A stretch of 64,000 bases of DNA from Oculina patagonica (Eukaryota): the NCBI RefSeq assembly GCF_052425735.1, contig NC_135771.1:3596001-3660000 (forward strand), in the 5' to 3' direction. Shown here one piece after another: positions 25,629 to 39,698 of this stretch (positions are counted from its first letter, which is position 1; each line of letters begins with the position of its first letter). The notes under the pieces are model-generated. The model was not told the DNA's origin, searched no databases, and saw only the letters and a list, made by a program, of their open reading frames with translations. The position numbers and the translations under genes are program-made.

Positions 25629-28231
25629 TTTCAGTAGATTATTTCACAGTTTAAACGTTCAGCTACCAGCTACTGAAAAGTTCTTCTGTTGTTGAGTTGT
25701 TGCTGCAAGAAGTGTACCTGCCCTGTCATATAGCATTCAGAACTCCAAATTCCGTTTAAAAATAGGATCACACGTAACTTTTATCTTGTCGAACTTTCGC
25801 ACAGTTTACGGACAGGAAATGTACTATTATCGACTTAATCCTGGGTTATTGATGAGGCCCGACTTGTTTACTTTATAACGCTTAAACGCACAGTGCACGG
25901 ACTTCCCGGCGCGGCAACGTGACGTCGTAAATGTTAAAATCGAAGTTCAGAGTCCATTTACGAGACCGCAAGATCCTCTTATGTTTAGGAAGATGTCATG
26001 AAGGCGGAATCTCTGTTTAAGTGGCTGAATTAAGTTTGTTGTTCATTGTATCACGTGCGTCTTGCTGAATACTGGTAAAAGTCGGTAGAACAACCAGCCT
26101 TTTTAGGCAGAACATTTAACAAAAATACGCTCTTTTTCTAAGGCCTGTCACTTTCCTGAACTTATGCTGACGTATTTTATTTTCGGAAAGAACGGTAAAA
26201 GTCACGTAAAATATGTTGTTGCTGATATTGCTTTCAATAAAACTTAAACCACAAAACTCGTATTAAAACGCGCCGAAATCAAACTGCTGTGAAGGATATT
26301 ACTCAGCACGTATTTTCTGCTGAGGTTTCCTGTAATTAACATTAGCTACGAACTCGACAAATAACCAAGACAAAGGATACTGCATGAAATCTGAGGACGT
26401 AAAAAGGTGTGTTCCTTTAGCCTTGGTTTCCCCTATTAAATTCAGCATTTCTCTTCCTGGACTTTAAACTGAAACGTGAAGTCATACGAGAGGCGCGAAA
26501 ACTTGAAAAACCTTCGCTCACTATATAATAAACACTTTACGTACTCTACTTTCCTTTTTTTACGCCGCTTTATACAGGTTTTTGAGAGAAAATAAATTGT
26601 TTTGCAGGCCATACGTGATAGACAGAGCGCCCGAGGCCCCGGAATTAATCCAGTATTGTTTGTTTTTTGACGAACCGATAAATATTTGGCCGCTTAATCC
26701 CAAGGCAAGATTAATGTCGCCTGAATTTGGGTTTTTGTGGTCAGTCTTCCAGACTCAAGCCCAATTCCAACTCATTTGAAACGCCTGGTTTCATCTTGCG
26801 CGAGTTTTTGAAATGAGAATCTCGCTATCCTTTGGGCCTTGAGACCCAGGGGCGACATAGAAGTTGACAGTTAAAAAATATAGGAGAACATCGCTGAAAA
26901 TTTGGTTGTCTAAAATGTCATGGGCTCAATGTTAAGCAATTTAAAGGTTGAGTGACACAAGTTGACCTTGGCTGTTTAATCCAGTTACGAGCGCCCGGCG
27001 ACGTCTCGACCTACGAGTGTCGAAAACGCGAGATGCATTTTTGTTTTGACAAGAAACCAGAAATCTGACGAAAACAAATAATATTGGAAAACACTTCTAG
27101 AGAGTTAAAATTAAAGGGTTCAAATGGTGCTGGTTAATTCCAACATTTCTTTTGCATATCAAAGCTGACTCAGCAAAACGGGTATGTCAGTTAATTTGTG
27201 GTTAGAATGAGTACACTTGTTTTTTGAAATACTCATTCTTTTTTCCTCTTTATAGAATAAAGGCACGAGATTTTCTAGGTCGCAACTTTGTTTTGCTGAA
27301 CAAGCTTTAAGTAAGTTCAGTTATTTTTTTCGAACAGTAATCGGTTGTATCGTTGATTATAACAACAGCAATACCAACAACAACTTAAACGCCATAAAGA
27401 GGTTTCGTGGAGTGTATATAAGATTCCTAATAAATCCTTCGACATCAGCACAACTGCTAGTTTCCAGAATACGCAGTAAATAAAGCTGTTGTCACCTAAG
27501 GAAACCGCATCCGCAATATGCTGCAATCTGACGGTGTCTAAAATTTAGTAGTTCGATATATTAGTGGATTCCATAGATTTTACTCGAAAGAAACGAATTT
27601 ATTATACGTCAGCAAAATTTAGTTTTATTGACGATTTACTTCCTTTAAGTCAACAAACCTACTCCGGCTCATCATGTTATGACTTTGAAGCAACAAAACT
27701 GACCCAGATTGTTACATTCTGGAGCAGTTTTGTTGCATTCAATCAGTCAGTCAATTAGCCACTTGACAGTCAGTTACTTGATGTTACTGACTGTAGTCTG
27801 ATGAGGCTCATTTTTCGCGCTCTTATTTGATTTGGTTCACGTGGGTCGCGTAACAAGCTAGGGCGCGCGACAACAGCAACAAAGAAAAACATTCAAAATT
27901 GTCATTCTCATAAAAACTCATTTATTATTTTCACGTTGGCGTATGCAACATAACTATATATGTACAACAATGAAATTCGCGTAGAATTAATGAGAGTAAA
28001 TGTTTTATGAAAACAACGATGAACTTAGCTAAAACAGTCTAAGTCCTAAGTAGTACTATATACATCTTCAATAAATAATGTTTCTCACAAATAAATAGGT
28101 TTTACAATACATATAGGGTCTGAGTTTTGCTGCACGAAAAAGGCGCACTAATCTTTGATCTGTGCTCAGCTACGTTTGAAAGCCTCTTATTTAAAAGTTC
28201 TTCATGTAATCATATTATCGTGTCTCATCAG

Positions 28232-28720
28232 CTAGTTCAAAACTGGTATCCACTGAAGCCACACCATGAACTCCCAGAAGGACACTTTTCCATTTTCGTC
28301 TTTGTCCATTTTCGCGAAAGCTTTTTCCATGTCGACAGTTTCATGACCGAAGAACTTCATCATCCGTTCAAACTGTTCTCGGTCAAGCGTATCGCTATCA
28401 TCTGTGTCAAAACTCTTGAAATAGTCGAATGCTTTGGCTAGGCTTTCAAACTTGTCTTTGTCTTTTAAAACTTCGAAATGTTCCTCGCTGCGAAGCCAGT
28501 CGTTGAATTCTTCAAAGGAAATGTCGTGGTCTCCATTCTTGTCCAGCAGCAGAAAGTACACCAAAGACTTATCATGGTCGAGGCCTAAATCTCCTTCTAA
28601 CAAGACCTGCATTTCTTGTTCTTCAAGTTTACCGTTTCCATTTGTGTCGTATTTGTCGAAGAGGCTTCGAATTACGACTTTGGGAGCTTTCTTGTCGAAG
28701 AAACTGAGTCCGGCTTGCAT
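28232..28720 (-). CDS. Intronless calmodulin-like 4-EF-hand protein (162 aa), paralog type B
   Basis: ATG at 28720 (MQAGLSFF). Loops DTNGNGKLEEQE, DKNGDHDISFEE, DTDDSDTLDREQ, DKDENGKVSFWE. TATA box at ~28814-28820. Confidence 0.9.
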   Translation of the reverse strand: MQAGLSFFDKKAPKVVIRSLFDKYDTNGNGKLEEQEMQVLLEGDLGLDHDKSLVYFLLLDKNGDHDISFEEFNDWLRSEEHFEVLKDKDKFESLAKAFDYFKSFDTDDSDTLDREQFERMMKFFGHETVDMEKAFAKMDKDENGKVSFWEFMVWLQWIPVLN

Positions 28721-31454
28721 TTTCAATTGATTGTTTCACAGTTCAAACCTTCAGCTTTCAGCTATAAGTTCTGTTGTTGTTGAGTTGTTGCTGAAAGAAG
28801 CGTACCTGCCCTGTTATATAGCATTCAGAACTCCGGATTCTGTCTAAAAATAGAATCTCACGTAACTTTTATCTTGTTGTCGAAGTTTCGTATAGTTTAC
28901 GGACAGGAAATGTAGCATTATGTCAACTTAATCCTAGGTTATTGATTAGGCTTAACTTGTTTTGACGGACTTTCCGGCGGCGACATGACGTCATTCACCG
29001 TACAGAGTCCATTTACGAGACCACAAGATCCTATAATGTTTAGGAAGATATCATGAAATCGGAATCTTTCTTAAGTGGCTGAGTTTGTTGTTTATATCAC
29101 GTGCATTTTGCTGAACAGCCTAGAGCAATAATCAGCTTTTACAATTTACAAAATTTGCTTTTTTTGTTTCAAGCCAAGTAAGGCTTACTGAAGTTTAAAA
29201 AGCTCTTAATTTTTCGTAAATTTGGAACAAAGTGAAACGATGAATTAATGAGGTGATGATTAAAAGTCACGTAAAATGCTGGTGTTGATTGTTTATAATA
29301 GAACTTACACCGAAAATCGTATCAAAACCGGACGCAATCAAACTGCTGTAAAGGAAATTACTCAGTGGGCGTTTCTCGTTGAAGTTTCCTGTTTCAGCTA
29401 CAACCTTTAACAAAAGACACTGCGTAAAATCTGCCAACGTCAAAACAGGTGTCTCTGTACTTTGAGTTTCCCCGACTTCAGTATTTCTCTTCCCGGACAT
29501 GAAACTGAAATCTTACTCTGCAATTTCACCTTCATGTTAATGACGTCATACGCGAGGCGCGCAACAAACCACTAAGAACAGCTCTTTACAAACTCTACTG
29601 ACTTTCGCTTCTTTAAGCCGCTTAATAGAAATTTTTGAGAGGAAAAAAATGTTATTAAGACAGTGCGGTCTCTGTGTGCATTTTAATCCGATATCGTTTC
29701 ACTGTTTTGCAATTAATTTGTCGATAAATATTCGACAGACAAATCGTCCACTCCGAAAACAAAAGACAAGATTATGTCAGAATCGCCTTAATTTGCATTT
29801 TCGTGATCATGGCCCAACTTCCACTTTCAACTCGTTTAAGAAGTTGTGTTTAAAAACTGATTTGAATTTTGTACGAGGTTGCTGAGAATTCCACTTCACC
29901 CTTAAGAACTGTCGGAGAGTACACCGTTAAATGTTATGCCAGTTTTACCTTCAGCAAGGTCGCCCTTGGCCGGTTGATCCAGTTTAGATTGCCCGCGACC
30001 GTCGCGCCGTCGCGACCCACAAGTGACGCCGAAGTCACGAGAGGTCAGCGACGAAACTCCGACGAAACCAAATGTTATTGGATGGGGGAATTGTGCTGAT
30101 TAATTCTAACATTCCTTTGGTAAGAAAGCTGGTTAAAACTGACTCGGCCGAAATGACGTTGTTCTCAGTTAAATTTCGTGGTTGGAATGATAACCTGTTT
30201 TACCCTAACTTTTTATGTTTCACTCGCCATTTCTCACGCTGCTTTCCAACTAACCGAAAGGCTGTAACAGGCTTTTTAGAATACACTCTTTTTACAAAGG
30301 GTTATGGATGTTTGAGCCGATTTAAATTTGTTTTGACCAGAATTTTCTTGATTACCAGAAAGTTTAGGTTAAGGTTCCAATGAATCATTTGACATCATCA
30401 CAAAAGTGTACGTAATTCTTGTTGATAACACCTCATTCTAGCCGAGCAAGTGAACAATAAAGCTCTTGTCACGTAATAAAACCACATCCACAATATGACG
30501 ATTATACTGCAAGTGCCAAAAATGTGGTGTTACAATTTACACATTCCTAATAAACTTAACTCGGATAAAAACAAATTTTTCAACAAAAGAAAACGAGCGA
30601 AAGAAATCAAAGGTTATATATTGTTTCGTTCAGTCTAACAAAGCACCTTGTGTCACAATGAAACATTCTCGAAATAAAGCAGCACAAAACTAGAGCAGCG
30701 CTGCGAGTTGACTCTGTTTTTACCGGGGCCCAGCCCAGCCGAAGGCTGCAGGCTGGCGCCACCGGTCATAAAATGCAGTTTGTGTCGTCGTTTAACGTTA
30801 CATTGTTAGGGATATATCGCTGACTTGACTTGAGATATATCGCTGGCTCGTTACTTCGCAGGCCCTTGGCGTTTGACCGCTGTGTCTATTTATGCAATCC
30901 CGTGTCCTACCCATTGGGTCCCGGTAAGTTCCACGTAGTGGTTCTAGTTCTTTCTGGTATGCTAGAAGTCGACGTTTCCTTTGTACCGGACCTTTCTGAG
31001 ATCACGAAAGGCTCGTGAGGCATAAAAGTTTGGAAAGCGAGACTGTGCTAAACATTCTTTTGCCCCATCTTTCATCCACCTTTCGCGCTCACGAAAATAA
31101 AACAACTGCCTGGATCCTCAGGCAAGAAGCGATCGAGTGAGATCGAGAAATTATTAAGAGCTGGCCCCCTCCGGTTTACTGATGCGCAGCAAACTAGCGT
31201 TTTTGGCCCCGTTTTTTGCGCGTCTCTTCAGACGACCGATCAAGAGAACTGGACCGATATAAATACTCTTGTAACTGCTGAAGATGTATACTGTGGCATG
31301 AGAAACGTCAAGTTAACTTCTAGTTTTGTTTTTCAAACCATGCCGCAGTATATGTGCTATGTTTGTTGCCGCTGTTTAGACTGATATTAGAACAGGGTCG
31401 GCCAGGGTTTTTAGGTATATTAGGACGTAAATAGTGACTGCTTGTAGTCGTAAT

Positions 31455-31609
31455 NNNNNNNNNNNNNNNNNNNNNNNNNNNNNNNNNNNNNNNNNNNNNN
31501 NNNNNNNNNNNNNNNNNNNNNNNNNNNNNNNNNNNNNNNNNNNNNNNNNNNNNNNNNNNNNNNNNNNNNNNNNNNNNNNNNNNNNNNNNNNNNNNNNNNN
31601 NNNNNNNNN
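31455..31609. other. Assembly gap (155 N)
   Basis: Run of N. Confidence 0.99.
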
Positions 31610-33267
31610 ATCCTGAAAAAATTGTTTGCAAGATCAAAAACGGTCAAATAAATTGTTTGCAGACATCATAAACATTGTCTGAAAGAAGATGCAGCCGGAA
31701 AAATTGTTTGCACAGACGACGACACTGAAAAAATAAAAATTGTTTGTCTAGAAAACATTTTGATTCCCCCGCCAAAAAATAATGGGCCATCCCTTACAGT
31801 TGTACATCCAAGCAGGGGGAGGGGAGGGGGGTGCCGGGTGGCTCAAGTGGGTTAAAAAATCGTTTACAAATGAGCTGACTAAAAACGACGTTTTAAACTT
31901 CAAGTACAATATGCCGTGAGGACATTGGGTTAATATTGTTGCAAAACATTTTTCGGTAAAAAGGTAGATTTTAAAACAACACATTCTTCTGTTATCTTGA
32001 TAAAGCTAGTTGTATAGGTGTTTTGCACCTGCTCTAAGAACAATGCCTTCGAATAAAAATCAAAGGCTCATTGAGCCACGACTGAATTTTTTGCCAAGTT
32101 TAAAAGTTTATTTTCATTCCTTGAAAATTTATGAGCACATATCAAACATCTAGCAAATAAAGATAAACGGTGGAATGTCGATTACATGATATAGATTTTT
32201 CGTCTCACGTGAAACTAAGTAGCGCAGTCGGGTAGGGACTGCGGATCAAGGTGCAGTTCGTCCCAGAGGGTTTTTTTTTTTTCCTTTTTTTTTTCTTTTT
32301 TTAACCCGTAGCACTAAAATGGTTTTTTATTATATCCTCCGTAGGTATGCAGCATATTACAGTAGGCGATTAACGCTGTAAAAAAAAAGATAATAGACTG
32401 ATTCAGGTACAAATGTAATATTGTGCTGTTTCATCTGAAAAGCTTTTCCTTTTCTTGGGAACAAGCAGCCACGCACTCGATTTTAGCCAACGCTCTGGTT
32501 TCTAGATAGATCCATCGCTTATGAACTTATACCCGTTTATTTTCGAATGCTCCTACATTCGACTACATGTACTACGCTAGCTCGAAAGATAGACACGAAA
32601 GTCATCGATCGATTATGCAGATTACTGGCTCTCAATGTTCACTTTTTTGGCGGTCGATTACTTAATTCTTCACGTAATTGTCAGCCATATTTTATTTCTT
32701 TGCTTCTGTTTTTTCTTGTAAACCCCTTTAAATTAAAAGACTGCTTTTATACGGCCGCTTTTATACGGCCGCCTTGCTACACTCTTTCTACAAGTATATC
32801 TGCTGGTCAGCGGAGTTGCAATGAGAAGTCTACAGATGATGGACCAACCGACCAACCATGGCTACCCACAATACTCCTGAATAAATTCAGTCGTAAAAAT
32901 GAGCCCTAGGTTTTAGCGGCGAAGAGCCTTTCACTCCAAAATGACTCGCCGTCGCCTGCGACCGGTTGGAGGGCGCCTATTCCTGGTCTTTTGATTCCAG
33001 CCACCTTCTCTCTCGACCCGCGGCAAATCTAGCGACCTACTGCTATCAGAGTGCGTTCGTCCATGGTCTTCAGGCATTACAGTAGATCTGTTCCCAAGCG
33101 TCCTGGCCCATACTATCAAAAACATTTAATGGAACGGCTTCATGATCGGAGCGCCCTCAGCGAATTTTGATTTTTGTCAATGGGACCATGGCCAACAAGT
33201 TTCTTATTCTGTGGGACGCGATCTTCCAGTAGTCCTTGCCGGTTCCGGTGGATTTGCGAAGCCTAGA

Positions 33268-33489
33268 AGACCTTATGCATGATAACGTCGTATGCTCAAA
33301 ATTCACCACCAAGCCTCGTTTACGCGAATTATTCTCAACCCTCTGCCACTTTCATGCAGTTTTCACGTGGGTATTCTTTTCAACTTTGCTACTTTGGGAA
33401 TTGGTTTATGATGAAATTTACAAGTTTGCACTTCGAAAGCGAGGCTTGGTGGTGAAACTAGCCAGTCTGACGTCAACATGCATAAGGGC
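33268..33489. mobile_element. Palindromic MITE (second copy at ~47126-47496)
   Basis: ccttatgcatg...ttcaccaccaagcctcg ... cgaggcttggtggtgaaa...catgcataagg. Confidence 0.7.
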
Positions 33490-33850
33490 TTGGCTGGCAT
33501 CGATTGGTAGAGCACAATTTCGTTAATTTTCTCTGTTCCTTGATGTCACTACTGTATCGCATGCTATCGGTTAATTTTTATTGTAATTGTATTGTTTCGG
33601 TTATCCAATTATTATTAATTCTTTTTTCTTCTTTTAACTGTGTAGCACTCGGCCCAGGAGGGCTCGACCTAAGAAAGAAAGAACGTTAGGGGGAAATTAG
33701 CTTATTTTAAATCGTGTAAGGGGAAATTGCCTGATTTTGAATTGTAATTCAGTAAAACTACTTAGCTCGTGATTTTACTAGGAATGATGTAGACCGATGT
33801 AATCCCACAGTAAAAACTGACGCCAGTGATTGTACTGTTATAGTGGTATG

Positions 33851-34874
33851 CATAGGCGTACGGGCAATTTTTAGCCAGGGGGGGCGGTGAGACATTTGCC
33901 CAAAAATTTTTCGCAAAATGCCCAAATTTTTACGAAACAGTCAAGAAGAACGAGAGTCATACGATGCACTAACATAGGCTTACAAATGAAGTAAAACATT
34001 CTTACACAAGAATCTATCATATGAGCTCATAAAACACGTTAAAAGAAATAGCTGTCTCTACCATATCGACGGCCGAAGATATCAACGATACGATCCATGT
34101 CATTGTTGACTAAAGAGTTGGAATAATATGCCCATTAAATGCTAATAAGTGCAATGACAAGAAATAATTTAGGCCAAGTAAAAAAAAAAACAAATGTTTC
34201 TCGTCCGGATTTCTGTGAAAAAGAGAGCGGGCGGGCGCATTTTTTGTTATTTTTTAATTATAATCATTTTTCTTCAAAACTAATTGACCTATTGGCTCGT
34301 GATTATTGGGTTTATTACCAGTCACGAGTACAAAACAAAATACCAAGTTGTACTCGGGTAAGGCCTACTCTGGGACCCAAAGTCGCCGTAACTTTGGGCG
34401 ACTTAAGGCGACTTTAGCTTATTTTGTCCAAAATTACGGGCGATTTGGGGCGACTTTGGGCGATTTTAGGTCCCAGAGTAGGCCTAGGGTAAAATCAGGC
34501 CACGACACGTTTGCTTGTACGTACACAAAATGTGGGGTTGGTTTGTTAGTGTGATGATGTTCATATAACAAGCTCCCCCGGAAAATTTTAAATTTTTAGA
34601 GCATTAAAAACGCTATTTTAGGGAATTCTGGAGGAAATTTTCTGTCATTACAACACTGAATGGTGTTTTTTATAATAATTCCTTGACATTTTGTGAATTT
34701 AACTGGCTTTAACACGCCGACTTCAGGTTAAAATAGAAAATATCTATCTTTTGGAAAAAAAACTTCTTTAGAAACTGGCTTTGCCCAAATTTCTATTGCT
34801 GCCCAAAAACTCCGAGTTGCCCAAAATTTGGGGGGGCTGCAGCCCCCCCTGCCCCCCCGGCCCGTACGCCTATG
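33851..34874. mobile_element. hAT-type non-autonomous element with an 8-bp TSD, containing a nested MITE (34362-34485)
   Basis: TIR cataggcgtacggg / cccgtacgcctatg; TSD gtggtatg at 33843-33850 and 34875-34882; nested TIR ggcctactctgggacc / ggtcccagagtaggcc. Confidence 0.85.
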
Positions 34875-36091
34875 GTGGTATGATATCTACTACTGATCCA
34901 CTGTTTTTGTGTATGGTTAGTAGGTTAGTACAATTACTGAAAGGCCAGGAATTTCTTAGCTCATACTGCCAACGAACTTTCTAAAACCTTCGTTTAAACA
35001 ATTAAGACAAGCCGAGTGAAATGTAAATGTTACCGGATCTATTTTTAGTTACCCCGAACTCGTGTTTAACGTTTAATTTGAGGTTCATTATTTACTTAAC
35101 TGATGCAAAAATCACCTAACCGTTGGTATAAAAACAATGACCTTGAAACTGTTATTTCGATTTACATTTTGATTTACATTGTACTCCGAGCTACTAATAA
35201 AGCGTTGAAGATCACTGAGTTCTGTGTGAGAGGCCTGGGTCTGTCCGAATTCCAGTTGCCGCAGATTTCTGGTATCCAAAAATTAGTGACGGATTTCTGC
35301 ACTCCCGTAAGCGAAGCGTATTGCTCAGAGTTAATTTCCCCCAAGTTGTGTTCATTTGCCCGATAAAGTCCAGTTCCCATCTCCCGTCCCCACGAGGAAA
35401 AACCCCGTAACTTCACAATTTGGAAAATTTGAATGGGGGGGGGAGGGGGGGGGGGTTATAATCCATCATGATTTTCGTTAGCAGGTAGATAGGCTTACAA
35501 TCAGAGGGGCTTATAAGTGGGAGCATATAAGCAGGAGCTTATAACTGACGTTTTTTGGTCTTTGATGAAACGAAAGTCTGCAATATACCGTGAAAGACAG
35601 TTGTTTCTTGTTAAAAGGAGCAGTTGATTCTGCTCGTTGCTCTAATTAAAATACAATACAATACAATGCAATTTTATTGTCCATACGTGGGACGAGGTCT
35701 CCTTCAATGTCCGAGCCAGAGGCTCATGTATAAAAAAGAGGACTAAAATTAAAATAAACTTAAGTATATGCTATTAAAAATATAAAAAATTTATCCCGCC
35801 CATTAAAAAAAAAGAATAAAAAACAAGAACAATACTAACTGAGTGTTTAAATCCGATTACACGACAAGAAGAGCTAATGGGATACTTCAATGGGCATCCG
35901 TTTTAAGTTGCAAATACCAGATTTCGAGTTATCGGGGTAAATTTGACCCAAATTTTGATCAAGGAAAACAAAATTTAGTTCGAGTCAGGGGGGGTTTAAT
36001 TTCGAGTTATCCGAGTTCGAGTTAACCGAGTAAAAATGACTGAAAAGTGCTGAGGTTAAATTCAAGGGAAATGAAAGTTAGTTTGAGTTAG

Positions 36092-36572
36092 AAGATATTA
36101 AAGATATTTAAGTCCAATGTTGTATCTGTCCTGTTATACGGATGTGAAACTTGGCGTATGACTAAACGAGATGCGACCAAGCTGGACGTATTTCTGCATA
36201 AAAGTCTAAGAAGGATTATGAAGATCTATTGGCCTATGAAAATATCAAACGAGGAGATTCGAAACCGGGCTAACATCAGCACCATCAGCGAGCAAATCTT
36301 CCGGCGGCGCTGGAAGTTCGTTGGCCACATCCTCAGAATGGATCCAAACAAACATCCCAAGACAGCATTAACATGGGCCCCAGAGAGAAGGCGAAGGCGT
36401 GGCAGACCGAGAGAGACTTGGCGAAGAACTGCAGAAAGAGAAAGAGCAGCTTTGGGTTTTGGCTCGTGGAACCAGGCAGCAGTGGCTGCCCGCGACCGTT
36501 CAGCATGGCGGAGAAGAATGTCCGGCCCTATGCCCACTTAGGGCTTTGGCCATAAGTCAAGTAAGTCAAGTC
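36092..36572 (+). mobile_element. 5'-truncated RTE-clade LINE fragment (RT C-terminus plus short tandem tail), inserted in a MITE (~35923-36627)
   Basis: KIFKSNVVSVLLYGCETW...RRRWKFVGHILRM...RRRGRPRETWRRT...ARDRSAW; tail aagtcaagtaagtcaagt; gagttag duplicated at 36085-36091 and 36573-36579. Confidence 0.85.
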
Positions 36573-37224
36573 GAGTTAGCGGGGTTGTACAAGTTATCCG
36601 AGTTCGAGTTACCGGGGCTCTACTGTACGAGCACGGTCAGCCTTTATAATTTGTGAACAGAGAAAAAGACGCCGAATAAACCAAATAATGTTTTGGTGAC
36701 GACACATGAAATGACCAAAACCTCACGCCCACCCCCAGGCCAATTAACTGCAACTTCTTCCTGTTTTTCTTGCAATTGACGGATATATTAAACAAGGAAT
36801 AATCGTTTCCGCTTCGCCTTAACTATTGTTTGTTTAACACGTATAATTTCGAGGAAAGCTGAACGTGCTTTGGCCTGTCGTCTTGATCATCAAGTTATCT
36901 AAATTTCCACGTCGCTTTTTATAATTTTAACAAAGAAGTCCTAATAGAAAAGCAGTATTTACGAAATACCAGCTAAAAAGTGTATTATTTAACGGTTTCG
37001 CAGTTTGCAGTTTGTGCTTTGAAACGGAAGTATTAAAAACGATTTTTCATCGCTATCACTTTTGTTACGCCTGAGGCAAGAACTGTCCCATGTCTACGTC
37101 AGCGGAAATGACGTTACGTCTAAAGCACAAACGAACAACAAAGGGCAGGGTAGGGGTAGTACGAGTCTTCAAACTATCCAAAGGTTATCAGCGAATACTG
37201 AATGAAAGTTCGCGGGTTCTTCTG

Positions 37225-37284
37225 TAGCCTGCGTTGCAGACGAACAAAACTAACCGGGGTTTTGTACGTCTGCAACGCAGGCTA
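37225..37284. mobile_element. Mini TAGCCTG...CAGGCTA palindromic element with a 9-bp TSD
   Basis: tagcctgcgttgcagacg / cgtctgcaacgcaggcta; TSD gttcttctg. Confidence 0.8.
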
Positions 37285-37352
37285 GTTCTTCTGTTATTGC
37301 ACGATTTTTGAGAAACCCCACCAGGAATATTGACTTCCGATGAAAAATAAAC

Positions 37353-39698
37353 GGCATATTGTAAAACATGGAGTGGAGTGGACGGCATATTGTAAAACAT
37401 GGAGTGGAGTGGATCGGATTTGTAAAACATGGACTGGATTTGTAAAACATGGATTTGTAAAAGGTGGTTTGTAAAACATGGATTTGTAAAACATGGATTT
37501 GTAAAACATGGAGTTGTAAAACATGGATTTGTAAAACATGGATTTGTAAAACATGGATTTGTAAAACATGGAGTTGTAAAACATGGAGTTGTAAAACATG
37601 GATTTGTAAAACATGGAGTTGTAAAACATGGAGTTGTAAAACATGGATTTGTAAAACATGGATTTGTAAAACATGGAGTTGTAAAACATGGATTTGTAAA
37701 ACATGGAGTTGTAAAACATGGAGTTGTAAAAGGTGGATATTTCTCTCTCAATTCATTCTCAGTTAAATGTGACCCTCCATACGTTTCCAAAGGGTTTCAA
37801 ACCCCCCGAAATCGGGTTTCAAAAGGGTTTCTAAGTGACCTCAAATCCCCCCAAAAACGCTTTTGTTGATAATCCGTGTTTTCCCATGGAGGGTCACAAA
37901 TCGTCCCAGCAGTAACTCTAACAACTTAAATGCTGAATTTCTGTATTCCTGAATTTATATTAATCTACATTACTCAATTATCATGCATTTTCGTAAGAAA
38001 TCGTACTTTTCACATCAACTTCTATTATAACAGTCTTTGGTCATTTGGTGAGAAAGGGGAATCTCTAAAGAGAATTTTAAAACGAGACTTCGATTACCGA
38101 ACTCCTGTTTGTTTACCTTATTATAGTAATATACAATAACTTCTGACAATAATATTGAGCTGAACCTTTCGACATCTGATGTATCACACAGACGCACAAG
38201 GCACGGAGGAGTCAAGTTTGTCCGCACTTGAAAATTTCTACCGTGCAAAACGACCTTCTAAGCGTACGTGGTCCAGCGCGGGCGACGATAAATTTCGCCC
38301 CAGTTGACCATTGTCAGAATACGATAACAAAAGACGATCTGTAAACATGGAGTTGTAAAAAATGGATTTGTAAAACATGGAGTTGTAAAACATGGATTTG
38401 TAAAACATGGAGTTGTAAAAGGTGGATGTGTCTCTCTTAATTAAAAGTTAAGAAGAAGAAGAAGAAGAAGAAGAAGTTAAGTTGACCATGCCCGGGATGC
38501 CATTCAAGGTACCCAATCAGACACGATGAAAACACGTCAATTAAGTAATAGTTAGCTGATAACTATCTAACAACTTGGCAATGTCAGGTCAAAAAACGAA
38601 CTGTCACGCAACTGTAACACCGCCCCGACGCCGCGACGCGACGCGAAGCCAAAACCATTAAGCAAAACAGTCGAGAGAAAGGAATTTCATGGAACACTTA
38701 TTCATAATTTACTTATCCGAGTATCACGTCACAGGGTACAGAAGAGTCAAGTTTGTCCCCACTTTAAAAAATTTTCACCGTGCAAAACGACCTTCAGCGT
38801 ACGTGATTCAGCACCGTCATGCGATATCTTTTTACAGATCGTCTTTTGTTATCGTATTCTGACAATGGTCAACTGGGGCGAAATTTATCGTCGCCCGCGC
38901 TGGACCACGTACGCTTAGAAGGTCGTTTTGCACGGTAGAAATTTTCAAGTGCGGACAAACTTGACTCCTCCGTGCCTTGTGCGTCTGTGTGATACATCAG
39001 ATGTCGAAAGGTTCAGCTCAATATTATTGTCAGAAGTTATTGTATATTACTATAATAAGGTAAACAAACAGGAGTTCGGTAATCGAAGTCTCGTTTTAAA
39101 ATTCTCTTTAGAGATTCCCCTTTCTCACCAAATGACCAAAGACTGTTATAATAGAAGTTGATGTGAAAAGTACGATTTCTTACGAAAATGCATGATAATT
39201 GAGTAATGTAGATTAATATAAATTCAGGAATACAGAAATTCAGCATTTAAGTTGTTAGAGTTACTGCTGGGACGATTTGTGACCCTCCATGGGAAAACAC
39301 GGATTATCAACAAAAGCGTTTTTGGGGGGATTTGAGGTCACTTAGAAACCCTTTTGAAACCCGATTTCGGGAGGTTTGAAACCCTTTGGAAACGTATGGA
39401 GGGTCACATTTAACTGAGAATGAATTGAGAGAGAAATATCCACCTTTTACAACTCCATGTTTTACAACTCCATGTTTTACAAATCCATGTTTTACAACTC
39501 CATGTTTTACAAATCCATGTTTTACAACTCCATGTTTTACAACTCCATGTTTTACAACTCCATGTTTTACAACTCCATGTTTTACAAATCCATGTTTTAC
39601 AACTCCATGTTTTACAAATCCATGTTTTACAAATCCACCTTTTACAAATCCAGTCCATGTTTTACAAATCCACTCCACTCCATGTTTTACAATATGCC
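37353..39698. mobile_element. Foldback (Mutator/FB-like) non-autonomous transposon with ~0.9-1-kb inverted arms, 15-bp subterminal arrays and a 9-bp TSD
   Basis: Termini ggcatattgtaaaacatggagtggagtgga / tccactccactccatgttttacaatatgcc; TSD aaaataaac at 37344-37352 and 39699-39707; arms ~37353-38345 and ~38830-39698; array unit tgtaaaacatgga(t/g)t. Confidence 0.9.

Larger units (their letters stand above)
24700..30460 (-). repeat. Tandem segmental duplication (~3.1-kb period) of an EF-hand gene with its 3' flank and ~1.8 kb of upstream DNA
   Basis: Co-linear shared blocks, e.g. tacatcttcaataaata (24834/28061), gtttacggacaggaaatgta (25804/28895), caaactgctgt (26280/29340), aataaagct..tgtcac (27479/30456). 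Confidence 0.8.

Noticed and set aside
37415-37735. CRISPR-like appearance of the short repeat arrays (also 44497-45011)
   Set aside because: The units are contiguous with no unique spacers, there are no cas genes, and the context is eukaryotic.
37188-37869. ORFs with (TTPCF)n, (MFYNS)n, (KHGFV)n and (CKTWI)n repeats, also at 39307-39811
   Set aside because: These are translations of the 15-bp array in the foldback TIRs. They are open in several frames on both strands and are not genes.
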